A stretch of DNA of 64,000 bases, taken from NCBI RefSeq assembly GCF_001194135.2, contig NC_068989.1:10098842-10162841 (forward strand), in the 5' to 3' direction. Under the pieces are notes generated by a model. That model did no database searches. It was not told the origin of the DNA and worked only from the letters and a program-made list of their open reading frames with translations. Source of the DNA: Octopus bimaculoides. Taxonomy: Eukaryota. This document shows positions 50,693 through 63,727 of the stretch, one piece after another. The translations under genes and the position numbers were made by a program. The first letter of the stretch is position 1; every line of letters starts with the position of its first letter.

Positions 50693-53241
50693 CTGAAAAT
50701 CAGTTTTAAAATCAGTTTTCGAAAGAGTATGGAATATATTTATCATAAAATACTATTAATTAATTTTTTTTAAAAATCACAAAATTTTCAAAATCTTCCC
50801 CACTCAACAACCACAATTACCATTCTTAACATCTTCTTTTAAGACTCCTATTCCACCACCCCTTATTCATATCAGTTACATTGATGAGTGTTCGTGTCTT
50901 TCTTTTTCCTTTTTTTCATGTCAGCAAGAGTCTCTATAGGATTCAATAACATTTATTTGTTTATTTTCAAAATAGGAAGGGAAAAAAAAAGTCTTGCTCA
51001 AAGTATTCATTAATGAGATGGGTTTTTTTTTTTTCTTCGTTAAACAGCCTTGATATCAAGCAGATTATTAAGGCATCAGTCAACTTAAATTGAACGTCAT
51101 TTGGAAATATCAAATATTTATAAAACAGAGATCTGGGATTAAAACCAGATAAAATAGATGAAAATTATGGAGTGAAGATAAAAATCACTTGTCAGAGATA
51201 GTTACAAAATAATAAAAAGGTTAAAAATGTGAAGTTTTTCATTGGGAAGACAACATCTTCCTGAACAAGTATTCTTGTTTATTAAGAGTAAAGACACTTA
51301 AGTATACAGATTATAGTTTACAAGCTGAAAAAGAAATTACACATTAAAAATATATCACTTAGAAGCCTGTCTCAAGGGGAAAAAAATAATAAAATGGAAA
51401 CACTTTTCTTCTTCATTAATAAAGCAGTTAAATTAGAAATTAAGAGCGTGTTTATTAAAATCTTTCACTATATAACTAAATCTATTTGAGATGTTATTTG
51501 TGTTGAACAAAATCATAGGTTATTTAAAGAAGTTTCAGAATAGAAACAATAGAGTTGGAATTATAGTAGGGATAATAATAGAGATATCAAGAACAGCTAT
51601 GATACGGTGGAGGCTCTATGATAGATTCAGGTTAACTTCAATATTAAACAATATTACATAAACACTTCTTAGCATTTGATTTGCAGAAAGAAGACTGCAT
51701 TAAAATATAGAGAAACCTGATTTGGTGAGAGAATGCCTCAATGTACTGACCGATATCTATATCTANNNNNNNNNNNNNNNNNNNNNNNNNNNNNNNNNNN
51801 NNNNNNNNNNNNNNNNNNNNNNNNNNNNNNNNNNNNNNNNNNNNNNNNNNNNNNNNNNNNNNNNNNNNNNNNNNNNNNNNNNNNNNNNNNNNTATATAAA
51901 TAAGTCATAAAACAACAACAAAAACGAGCGAACATCAAAAAATTTTAAACCATAAAATATAGGTATGAAGCAAAGTAGTCTTGACAGCTGAACAAAGGAG
52001 AAGATGTACATCAAACTTCTCCAGGTCAAAATGCTATGCAGGAATAATTCTTCAAACATTTTTGTGCATCACTGCAGCAGCAAGAGGGGGAGAAAAAAAA
52101 ATAAAAGCCAATATCTTTTGTAAGCTAAAATGATACTTAGCTTTAGAAAGGTATGGAGTGTGGGATGGAAAGGGAGGGAGGGGGTGGAGTGGAGTTTGGG
52201 GTTGGTTGGAACGCAAATCCTTGACACAAACTTAACTACCCTTATACTCAGATGCACATGTAGAGGGGAAACAAAATGAACATATCAAAACATACACGCA
52301 CAGACACAAATGCACAATCACATACACACATGCATACTCAAATACACAAATGCACAATCACATACACACACATACATACAACAACAAAAAAGACATAATA
52401 GATAGTTTGCGAGCTGGAATTCAGTAGAGTTCCAAGAGAAAGCAATAAAATTTTATTTGACAAGTCAACTGCAATACAGCATTTGTCTTGTCATGTGTTT
52501 GAAGCTATTTTAAGTTGACAAATTTGTGATAGGAGATATAAATACTTACAAATCAAATATAAACTAAATTAAAGCAAATATATTTCTTATGCCAAATTCC
52601 ACAAATTTATATGCTTGCACCGAAATAAAGGAAAAAAAGAAACACCAAAAAAAAATTTTAAAAAGAAAGGAAAGCATCGCAAAGAGTCTATCTAGTAGGC
52701 TTGGAAAGAATTGCATTGAAGGAAAAGAGTAGAAGGATAAACATGATTCTGCAACAAACTATGTCTTTCATATTTAGGACTCCTGTTCTACTTTTAATAA
52801 AAGCTAAGATGCACTAAGACAAGGAGAATTTCACATCTTTACATAAAAGAAACTAGAAACTAACAATAATAAAAGAGTCTTTCAGATTAGCATCTCATCA
52901 AAGAGAAATTGGTCATTTCATGACGAATTACTTATCTGTTTTAAACACTACAGGAAAGATAAAATGAACGTTGCACAATAGAAATTATCTGAATCTTCAT
53001 AGTAAATTAATTTCATTGTAATACAATTGTATCTTTTAGTTGTCTTTTCACCAGGGCTACAAAACATCTCCGTATATCATAATCCTACAGACCATCAGGA
53101 CATTTCAAGATTTTGTTAGGTTTCGATGTTCCAAAATCTCTCTCTGTGTACGCACACGTGTAACACAGGCAACATTATCGGGTGAAGTTTGTTCTTCATC
53201 CACAAAATGGACGGCAGCTTCCACTCAACACTGAGACTCAC

Positions 53242-53413
53242 CATTGCTTGCTTTCCATTCCAATCACGCAGCCTTTGACAGAATCCAAAATCAATCATTT
53301 AACATTAGAATACACAAAACAAATTCTTGAAGCACTTTTTTTTTTCTTTTAGAGCCAGTAAGATTTTGTTTTTTTCCCCCCCTCCTCGTCTTCAACACTC
53401 AAAGCAGATAGTC
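53242..53413 (-). other. Candidate exon (172 nt, probably non-coding)
   Basis: atttacatttttAG|gactatc...gcaatg|GTGAGT; frames closed. Confidence 0.25.
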
Positions 53414-53643
53414 CTAAAAATGTAAATATTTGCATATGAATAGTTGGAACATTTGTTTTTTTTTGGTTGTTTAATGATCAGATGACCTTCCTTTCTAAAA
53501 AACCGGCCAAACATACAAATGTTAACTACTTCCAAATGGGTTAGACAAAGTAAATCACTTGAAAACGTTGTTCTCATCACTCAAAGCATTACCATCATTG
53601 TTGATTCATTGTTGATCCAATCAGCCCTACAAGATTTCTATCA

Positions 53644-53678
<35 letters not shown>

Positions 53679-53949
53679 TCAAGCTCCATGCATAATTAGT
53701 AAGAGAAACAAGCCATTCTGTTGTAAAACTATTCAGAATTACTCCTCATTCAGGATTAAGGTTTCAGGTTAAAAACACGAAGCAGTTGATTTAAGAACAA
53801 GCTTCACCCTTGGGCTGTACACATCTTGAATGAACAGTTGCCAAGAGAGGTGTTGTACAATTGTAAATATTTACCAATATGTTCTCCTACTGTATTACTG
53901 TAAACTATGTTACCTGGTTCTATCAAGTGACATTTTAATATATGTACCA

Positions 53950-54110
53950 CACCTGATTAGCAGAACTGACAGAGCATTGGACAAATGCCTTGAGCAGTGT
54001 AGTTACAGCTCTTTATGTTCTGAGTTCAAATCCTCCCACAGTCAACTCTATCTTCCATCTAGTCCCTCACCACCACCAAATTTGTGGGTACTTGTGCCCA
54101 TCTTAGAAAT
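53950..54110 (+). mobile_element. SINE family B-like, degraded
   Basis: ttagcagaactgacagagcattggacaaatgcctt...gttctgagttcaaatcc...gtcaactctatcttccatc. Confidence 0.6.
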
Positions 54111-56689
54111 CAATGTAAACATGCTACTACATATAATTATTATAAAGAAATACTTATCCTAATTTGTTTGACTTCTCAAGAGGCTGTAGCAAACTTTGAA
54201 CTTCTATTATCAGAAGTTTAACAAATTATCTTCAAGGTGATTTTTCACCCTGTTAAAGCAATGTTTAGGGTTTTCTCAGAACTCTATGATAAGCTAAGAA
54301 CAGTCAGTTCTTATCCAGAGAATGTTTCTGGGATACTATTTCCAGTTAAACACAGTCATTCTTGAATAAGAAGACACATTTGTCAAAACAATATTTCTTG
54401 TAAGATAATAAGCCATGATCCCATGACATTATAGGTTGGGATGTTTTCTGTCTTCTCTTTAAGTGGTCTGTTTGTTATAAACTCCTATATCTGCACACCC
54501 AATACATCACCCTCGCAACAGAAATGTTAAACAAACATCTCCAACACAAACAGATTAATTATTGGTTCCCCTGTTTTACACCAAAGGAAGACAAGCATGT
54601 TAGAATTATTTCTATTTTTTCCCTTTGCTTAGAAAAGTATCGTAACAGGTATAGACTCTCAAGATGTATTAAGATACTCGTGAGAGAAAGAAGAAGAAAA
54701 AAATGAAATAATTTTGATGTATTTTCTCCCTGTGAAAAATGGATGAACCAATAAATGCTAGAAGTGAACTACGAATGTATGAAACACTACAGTGTGAGGT
54801 TTTCCGTCACACAATGTTGGCCAGGGTGTTGAGTGTTCACAGATGTTGATCAGAAACAACCACACACATATTTGTGACTGACATCGGAGAGACAAATTTA
54901 ATGAGGAAAAATTGACATAACACATTTGAATCTGATCCCAATGTGAATGTATCATGATATAATCTACACTATTTATAAGAAGCTATCACGGGTAATCTTC
55001 CTTTTAAATATATATTTGTTACCTGGTAAAATTCAAGCCATAAAGAATTTAGGCCATTCTGGAGTAACTCATAATTTGATAAATTTTTCAGGTGTCTATA
55101 GAATATATTAATACTATTTACAATACCACAAGTTCTGTGTATGTAGAAATAGCAATTGATAATGTTATGTAACCAGTCCTTCAGTGGATTCAAAGTACTT
55201 TTAATTAATTCTCCTTAACTATGTTACTTGTCTGCTGGCTGTTCTCTAATTAGTTGCAAATGTTTAGAACAGCTAAAGACCAAAAGGCAAATACTGTGTG
55301 TGACTATAAAATACACTGAATGTAATAAGATGGTGACAGCATTAATTTTGGCATAACTTTCATTCAATAAAGACAAAGCTGATGGCAAAATTGTAGATTC
55401 AAATCATTATGGTCACTTGCCAAAACTCTTTTAGGTCCTTCATTTAGTGAATAGACTACACAGCAGACAACTTTAAGAAGAGTTTCCTAACATCACTATA
55501 TTATTATCTAACATACGAATTTTGGTAAATCTATCATATTTTTGGTAATAGGCATTGAATAATGTTTTAATTTAAAATGTCATTCATATTATTTGTTTTG
55601 TTTTTTTTCTGTTTTTTTTTTAAGAGGAAGTTCACAGAATAATGGGTTTGTCTTAACTAAGCAGCAGAGGAAAGATTATCATTATTTTAAAATATCCCTA
55701 AAAGTTGTCCTTCCATTTGCAGACAATGGACTAAAGCTCTCTCTGCCACTATGAAACCAAAAGCTAAAAGGAAATTAAATGATACAGTTTGGTTCATTCT
55801 ATCATTTATATATTAACCTATCATTCAAATAAGTTCACTTAACCGTGCTGAGTGGTGAAAGATAATCAGAATATATTTCCACAGCTATATACATTGAAAA
55901 CAAAAAGAAGCAGAAGAAAGAAAGAAAAAAAAAAGAGTAAGAAACCAACAAAATAAACAAACAAAAATGCTGAGTAATATAGCTAATAAAACAAAGAAGA
56001 CAAAAAAAAGGGGAAATAAGTTCAATCCTAACTAATGACTGAATTTAACTTTACTAATCTCGATGGAATTCATAAATCATACTGAAACAATGTGAAGTAA
56101 CAGCATTGTATTTCTCTTTATTGAGAACTTGCCACTCTGTTATTCAGTTAGTTTCTTACAGGAGACAAGAACTAATACACTGCAATGAAGTGAACAGCCA
56201 ACATTTGAAGTATATCTGCTGTCCAGAGAGTTAGTTATGTCATCACATACAATCTAGGTGGACCTATTATTAAGAATACATATATATATATATATATATA
56301 TATATGAAAACCTATTCAAAATGCTAACAACTTGTTTGAATTCATGATGAAAACAATTAAATGAGTTGTTGAAACCAGAGTCAGAAACCATACAAACATC
56401 CATACGTCACAGTGTGCATGTGTATACAATACACATACATGTATGTGCATGCACGTATGTGTATGTATATACACATATACACACCTAGATGCATGTATGA
56501 ATAATTTCTGATTCTAGTTGCAATTAATAATTTCCAGATGAATTATAAATATATATACATATATATGTGTATATATATATATATATATATAGCAGGTCTC
56601 AATATTTAAATATTGAGATACATTAAGATACATGAGAAATGAAATGATGTATGAGAATTTAAACATAATATAAATGTCTATACTGCTGC

Positions 56690-56945
56690 CATGAATCCAC
56701 TGCCAACACCACTTCCATCACCATTCACAAGACTGTTTTCCATGCTGGCACAAGATGGACAGAGTTGCAGTCTAAATCAGTTCAGTTCTTATTCAGTATC
56801 ACTACCCCACCCCCCACATGAATCAGGCCACCACACCTCATCCATACAAACACATTTTTTGATGTGCTTTCTGCAAATGGACGCCCTTCTTTACACTAAA
56901 CAATTTGCAGAATGTATTAGTAGCATTTTATCATAGCGCCAACAG
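56690..56945 (-). mobile_element. RTE-tail-type repeat, degraded
   Basis: ttttccatgctggcacaagatggac...atggacgcccttct...aatttgcagaatgtattagtagcatttt. Confidence 0.55.
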
Positions 56946-56980
56946 TCAAAGTCTTGTCCCTTACAAAACTGAAGTCTCAC

Positions 56981-57064
<84 letters not shown>

Positions 57065-57066
57065 TG

Positions 57067-57285
57067 AAGAGAGGCTGCTAACTCAAAGAGAGGTTGCTAA
57101 CCCAAAGAGAGGCTGAGAGCCCAAAGAGAGGGTGCTAACTCAAACAGAGGTTGCTAACCCAAAGAGGGGCTGAGAGCCCAAAAGAGAGGCTGCAAAACCA
57201 GAGAGGGGCTGCTAACCCAAAGAGGGACTGTTGTCCCAACGAGGGGCTACTAAACAAACAAGAGGCTACTAAATTAAAGAGACAG
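57067..57285. repeat. 19-bp minisatellite (aagagaggctgctaaccca), ~11-12 units
   Basis: Direct; follows a (TG)n tract. Confidence 0.9.
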
Positions 57286-57383
57286 TGGTAAACCAGTGAA
57301 CCTGTTGCTGGCTGAAAAACAATGTAATGAAAAATACCAACTACCTATTGTATGTAGAAAAAAAAGAAAAAGATTGATGAGAG

Positions 57384-57790
57384 CAGACATGTCATTCCTG
57401 AAGCATTAGAGACCATTAAGGTTAAACGCGAAAATTATTCAGTATCTCAAACCAAAGAAACTAAATTATTGAAATACAACAAAATAAAAATGATATCCCA
57501 CATCATTCAAAGTAATAATATCATTGAAGCTTAATAAATGAGAGATCAGAGCAGAGAAGCATCAGGCATGGTAATATCACTGAAACTACTGAACAGAAGT
57601 AGGTGCCTTGCTTCATTCATGGTAATATGTTTGAAAGCGGTATGCAAATAAGGAAAAACTACCAATGACACCGAGACCAATAAATAAAGAGATATCAACC
57701 ATACCAGACATGGTATCCTTTAGATCAGTAAATAATGTAAATATTAGAACAGGCATAATAATATGATTGGTACAAGTAAATAAGTGATTT

Positions 57791-57821
<31 letters not shown>

Positions 57822-57945
57822 GAGCTAGTATCATTAATGCTACGTATAAAGAAGATATATATTATATCAGACATGGTAATATCATTGAAACTAGTAATTG
57901 AATGATAGATATTTATTACATCAGACATAATAACATCATTGAAGC
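57384..57945. repeat. Degenerate ~50-bp-period array with conserved core cagacatggtaatatcattgaa
   Basis: Core copies at about 57384, 57513, 57560, 57618, 57702, 57750, 57865, 57919 with dissimilar intervening sequence. Confidence 0.7.
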
Positions 57946-58069
57946 CAATAAGTGACAGCAATGGCGGCTGAGGTAGTTAGATACTAAATTTGGATACTGC
58001 TTCTGAAACTTAGTCTCTCCAGTTGAGTGAATAAAAGCTGGATGTAATACCATAAAGACCACCACTGCT

Positions 58070-58225
58070 GCTGTTGTTGTTGTTGCTGTTACTATTGTTT
58101 AACCTCAGACTAGCCCTGATTGAATAAGGCTAAACTACAATCAAGCTTATCCCTGTCATATCCATTCTTTTCTCTTTTTTTTTGTGTGTATGTGTGTATC
58201 TAGGACTACATTGACCAATGTGTCT
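58070..58225 (-). mobile_element. (CAA)n-tailed retroposon 3' end (family D)
   Basis: (gtt)n...tttaacctcagactagccctgattgaataag...gtatctaggactacattgacc. Confidence 0.65.
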
Positions 58226-60779
58226 CAACAACAAAGCTGTTGTTAGAATGTCCCTGATATATTTTTAAAACGAAACTTAGAAAATATCTTTGCCATAAAT
58301 TTTTAAACATTTTCCAGAATCTCTGAATAGATTATTCCTTATTTTTTAAAACCCTTTTATTACTACATTTCAAATGAAACACACTGCCTTTCTTTCAAAT
58401 AATCTTGAAAACAATGAAGAATTTAGTAAAATAACTACCATTATTAACCTGGTGTTTGGGACATACATTAACATAAACTATTAATGAAGGGTTTTAATTT
58501 ACATCACTTTAAAACAAGAACTCCGTTATCATAGAAGCAGAGGCTGTCTCAGGTAGATTGGTATCAAAAAGGAATAAACTACTAATGTCATGTCTACGAT
58601 ATTTTCATTTTACCATAATTCAGGTAGTATACTCTAAAGAAAATCAATATGTTGACCAGTGTTTATTGTTACAGAGTCTATAACTAAGAGGTGACAGACT
58701 CCCTGCCGTTAATAACTTTCGCTCACAAAAAGAAAAACAAAAAAATAAGCAAATGAGCTTTAACAGAAATTTAAACTTTCCATATGTTGAAAACAAGAGA
58801 CAAAATATATACATAAAATGACTTGGAATAAAATCTAGTGAAAATTGCTCATTAAAGATAAATAACTAACAGGCTGGCTTCCAACAAAGCAAGACTGTTT
58901 AATGAGAAAGAAAACCTGAAAATAAGTTGAAATTAAATTATAGATAAGTTGATTTGCAAGACAACTATTCAGGTACTGTCAATGTGTCTACTTATAGCTG
59001 GGCTGGTTTATGAAAATAGCACATGCAGTGACAGATACTAATTTCTGTCTTATAGTGGTTAACACCATCATTATTTACTACACTAGTTTTAAATTCACCT
59101 TTGAAAGCTCAACTAAAAGTTACTGGCTTTTGCTTTTGTATCAAACTGTATCAAACCAATGAAAAGTATAAAAGAAAGGAAAACAATTTTAATGAAATGA
59201 ATAAACTAAGAATTAAATATGGGTAACTTGCTCAGCAGGATAGAAAATCTTCATTAATTCATCAAAGTACTAAGAAGATTGTGACAGAAAACATTTCTTT
59301 TTTTTAAACACTTATTTGAAACAATAAACAAAATCATAAAATAAAATTAAACAAATTTTCATTTTACAAGAAGTTAAAAATAAAAAAAAAATAATATGAT
59401 AATGCCTAAATGATTAATAAAAGAAAGGAAGAAGGAAACTCCATAATGTTTTTATAAACAAATATTGAACAGATTATTCAACTGGGGAATTAATTCCTGT
59501 TCTAAAACTGGATTACATGCTTCAATTTTGCTTCAGATGACATACTGACAACTTGAATTATTGTACAGCAGCAAGCAGTTGTTTAATCCATATTTCGGTT
59601 GCTAACAGTTCCTTCTTGAATAAACATGGACTACAAGTATAAGAGATGTCTTTCTCCATCTTCCTAGCAGCTAAGATAGAGAAGACAGAGTTTGCTAAAA
59701 ATATCTACTGTAATATATTTAGGAAGATAACAGCAATATAGAGTAGGTACTAAGAGATAATGGAGTTAGTTTTAGTTAAAATGCTGAAATTTTGTACTAT
59801 CTGCATTGTATTAAACACTTATTTCAATGAAAAGACAATATAATTTTCAAGAGAGAATACAGCAGCAAAGCACTTCGGAAAAGAACAGTGATTTCAATCA
59901 GATGTGAAACAACTTGATAGGATTGAATTAATAAAACAGATAAAACTACAAGAGAAAATGGTGAAAATAAAGTAAAAATAGAAAAGACAGATAGATGAGC
60001 AATGTGAAAAGATAAAAATATCATAACAGGAAAGAGATAAGGAAGACAAAAAAAAAAACATAAAAGAGGAGGTTTTATTGTATGAAAAAAAAAATGCGTG
60101 TGAAAAATAATGATAGAAAACAAGAAATTATAAATAAAGAAACGTGTGAGATGCAAAGAAAGATAAATATATTTTTAAATAAAAAGACGGGGGTAGGTTG
60201 AAAAGGAAGTGACAAGGAAATAGTGACAGAGAAAAAGGAAGAGAGAAACTATAAGGGGGGGGGGGGGAAACAGAACAAAAAGGAGGCAACATGGCGAGTA
60301 AATGTAATAAATAACTTAAGTAGCTTTATCTATTGTTTTTAACCATTCTCCTATCACCCCACTTGGTCTCTGTAGTGTTTCATGCCAGCTTATATATAAA
60401 AGAAATCACTATGGTATTATGTGCCGGGTTTGAAAATACTATAACTGAGGGGGAAAAAAATGAAAAAAGAAAATGAATAATAATACATTTATATCTCCTA
60501 GTTGGTTGGCTCAGCTTAAGGAAGTTAGCCTGAGATTGGGGTTAAATGTAAATACTACACAATTAAATTTTAATCAGCTGAAGCACATAAAAGATACTTG
60601 CTACCCACCAAGCATGAAAAGCAGAAATTTTAATAAATCGAAACAACGAAAGATATATATTTTAACACTGACGGTGGAAAACAAGAACTGATTCAAGCAG
60701 TCATTGCAAATGAGATTTATGCAGTTGTACTGGTCATGTTTGTACTTTTAGAAAAAATATTATCAAAATATAACATTAA

Positions 60780-61347
60780 CACTTTAGCATTTCAATCAGC
60801 GATGTCCGACCAAAATATTCTACCTGTTTTATGTTCAAATTGGCTTGATCTGGCCTCTCACACCTACCCTACAATGTCATTCTGAAAATAAATAATGACA
60901 TCATCAAAATGTCAAAGATATGAAGATATTGCCAGGCCTGTCCCATGCATCTCTCTCCAGCTGAACATTCCTAATGTTGCGGGCTTGTGGGTGCTGGTGC
61001 CACATAACAAGCACCCGTACTGGTGCCACATAACAAGCACCTGTACTGGTGCCACATAACAAGCACCCGTACTGGTGCCACATAAAATCCACCCATGCCA
61101 GTGCTGTGTAAGAGCATCCAGCACACTCTGTAAAACGGTTGGCGTTAGGAAGGGTAACCAGCTGTAGAAACCCTGCCAAAACAGACATGGAGCCTGAGCA
61201 GCTCTTCAGCCGGCCAGCTCCTATCAAACCATCCAACCCATGCCAGCATGGAAAACAGATGTCAAATGATGAGGATGATGATGATGATGATGATGAATGT
61301 GAATAAATAAGTATTACACTTGATAGAGTAATCTGGAAACTGAAGGG
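60780..61347. mobile_element. piggyBac-like MITE containing an RTE-tail repeat
   Basis: TTAA|cactttagcatt ... actgaaggg|TTAA. Confidence 0.8.
60930..61296 (+). mobile_element. RTE-tail-type repeat with 26-bp internal tandem array, nested
   Basis: tggtgccacataacaagcacc(c/t)gtac x3 at 60995-61072; gttggcgttaggaaggg...catgccagcatggaaa...(gat)n tail. Confidence 0.85.
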
Positions 61348-61385
61348 TTAAAGATGTATTCTCTCCTTGGTGGATGCAGGTTTAC

Positions 61386-61457
61386 CTTCTGCTTCAGAAA
61401 TATCCATTTCCAAACTCATAAACTGTCTGCCACTCAAAATTCCTTCCACACCACCAT
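61386..61457 (-). other. Candidate 72-nt symmetric exon
   Basis: cccattctcAG|atggtggt...gcagaag|GTAAAC; open frame DGGVEGILSGRQFMSLEMDISEAE. Confidence 0.2.
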
Positions 61458-61541
61458 CTGAGAATGGGCAGCACTCAGCACTTCTTCAAGTGGTAAACAG
61501 AGAATGCCTGGCAAAGGCAATACAGTTGATGTCTTGTGTAA

Positions 61542-62020
61542 CCCTTTAGCATTCACATTACTCTGTCAAATGCTTGCTTATTCACAATGTTTTGAACTAA
61601 CCATGCATTATTTCATAGCTTCGAAATTTTGATGTCATCATCGTCATTATCATCATCTTTTAATGTCTATTTTCCATGCTGGCATGCGCTGGACAATTTG
61701 ACAGGAGCTGCTCCAGGCTCCAACTGTCTGTTTTGGTATGGTTTCTACAGCTGAAAGCTCATCCTAATGCCAACCACTTTACAAAGTGTACTAAGTGCTT
61801 TTAATGTGGCGCTAGCACCAGTGCTTTATATATGGCACTGGCACAGGTGCTTTCTACATGGCACCAGCAAAGGTGCTTTCTACATGGATCCAGTTCAGGT
61901 GCTTTTTATATGATACACCCATGGTTGTTTATTTTGAAAATAAACATTGTATGGTAGGTATGAGGGCCCAGATCTGGCCAATTTGAACATCAACAGGCAG
62001 GATATTTCAGCCAGAGTTAA
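61542..62020. mobile_element. piggyBac-like MITE containing an inverted RTE-tail repeat (61634-61905)
   Basis: ccctttagcattcacattactctgtc start; MITE body resumes at ~61906 (gtttattttgaaa...ccagatctggcc). Confidence 0.75.
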
Positions 62021-62129
62021 GCCTCTGCATACTAATGATGAGAGGGAGATAAAATGAGTACATAGATAGCTATAATGAGATACAATTCTCAAACAGGAGG
62101 TTAGATCAAAGAGTTTAATACACATGCTT

Positions 62130-62310
62130 ACAATCATGGGGTTGCGAGTTCAATGGGCTGGATGTTGTGCTCTTCAACAAGTTACTTTATTTCATGTTGC
62201 TCCAGTTCACTCAGCTATAGAAATGAGTGGCGATGTTACTGGCGCCAAGCTGTATCGACCCTTTTGCCTTTCCCTTGGATAACACCAGTGGCATGGAGAT
62301 GGTACTTCGG
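62130..62310 (+). mobile_element. SINE family C, 5'-degraded
   Basis: gttgtgctcttcaacaagttactttatttcatgttgctccagttcactcagct...gcctttcccttggataacaccagtggc matches 30363-30597. Confidence 0.8.
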
Positions 62311-62544
62311 AGAGGAACTTTCTAGATAGAATCCCACAGAACTTTCTAGGTGCAATCCTTGTAATCGAAGTGGGGTCTTTACCCTTTTTTTTTTACCCTA
62401 TTTAACTTTGAATATAGGAAGAACAGCTGTAGAGTCCCAAATATACAGATTTTTTTTTTAATACAATTTCATTGCAAACAAGGCTTCAGGTCACTGTAGC
62501 ATAGGGGCTGACAAAAGAGAAGGGGCCAACAATTTTAAAAGATG

Positions 62545-62875
62545 TTGATTGACAGAAAGACTAAAAGACTGAATATCATAGATCAGAGGAAAACATAACA
62601 ATGGTGGTAAGTTCCAGAGGGCAGCGGTTTGAGGAAAGAAACTATTTGGTTAAAAGGACTTATGACTAACATGAAGCTCAACAGAATGACGTGCCTGAGA
62701 AGAGAACTGGATGACACTTTTAGAGGTCTCGACAAAGGGTACTAGACTGGAAAGTTCATCAGAGCAATGATCATGGAAATACTTCTAGAAAAGACACAAC
62801 AGAGATACATTTTGGCAACGAGCCAAAGATGCCAGCCAAGTAGAAAGAAGAGGATCCACCATGTTAATTCTAAAC
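62545..62875 (-). mobile_element. CR1/L2-group LINE, ORF2 3' relic
   Basis: CLF*KYFHDHCSDELSSLVP...NSFFPQTAALWNLPP..CFP..YDIQSF resembles the CR1-group tail FY.Y..G.CS.EL..LVP...NSFF.R...WN.LP...FP..YDL..F. Confidence 0.75.
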
Positions 62876-63659
62876 AGCATAATTATCTTTCTAAAGATTG
62901 TTATTTTAGATCATAACGTTACTGATGCTAACCAATAGAAACAGGGATTCCAGTGAATAGATAATGCTTCATGTTAACCATATCTTATGTCTCTGAAGTG
63001 TGTAAAAGTTTTTAATTTCTATTTTGGATAAACTATGTTGTCAAGACAGAAAAGAGAAGAGAGAAGGAAGGAACGAAGGAGAATAAGAGGGAGAGAGGGT
63101 AGATGGAAACAAAATGGAGAGAATAGTTTTCATAGAAAATGTCCAATATCACGAACAATGTAAAAATAGCATCTGAAATATCGCTTTAATTAAAAGATAG
63201 TAATAACATTAGGGTATTATATATTAATTTATATACTAGATAGAGAAACCAATAAATTTCAGTTAAATGTCCTAGAGAAACAATAGAGGAGCTTCTTAAT
63301 TCGAAATATGCATTATTAATATTATTTTCAATTTATTTTTCATAAATGGAAGTATTCCATTGAATTTTGAGACTTAGGTATTGTTATATTTGCATTATGT
63401 TGTCTACATTAGTTGAATAAGAGTGTTGATTACTGTGTTCTGTCCTAACCCAAGGGGGGAATGTATACAAGTATAAATATCATAGAAAGATGATCAGAAA
63501 ACGTATGAATCAAAACGATGTAAAAGAACAACAGGAAGGACAAAAGGAGGATGAGGTTAATAGGCTGGTTAATTTGATATCGGTATGATTTTGCCAACAG
63601 AAGATAACTTGGTTCAACTAGATTTTTCTGAGAAGAATAATATTTAATATGCAGTCAAT

Positions 63660-63689
63660 AACTTCACAAACACATACATTATGTGTGTG

Positions 63690-63727
<38 letters not shown>

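Noticed and set aside
56597-56618. Perfect 22-bp palindrome tctcaatatttaaatattgaga
   Set aside because: Short, AT-rich and next to (TA)n; expected occasionally by chance or slippage.
57384-57945. CRISPR array interpretation
   Set aside because: Eukaryotic context, repeats too degenerate, irregular spacing, no cas genes or leader; kept only as a repeat array.
60280-60300. caacATGGCG start-codon/YY1-like motif
   Set aside because: The frame closes within a few codons and there is no CpG-rich promoter context.
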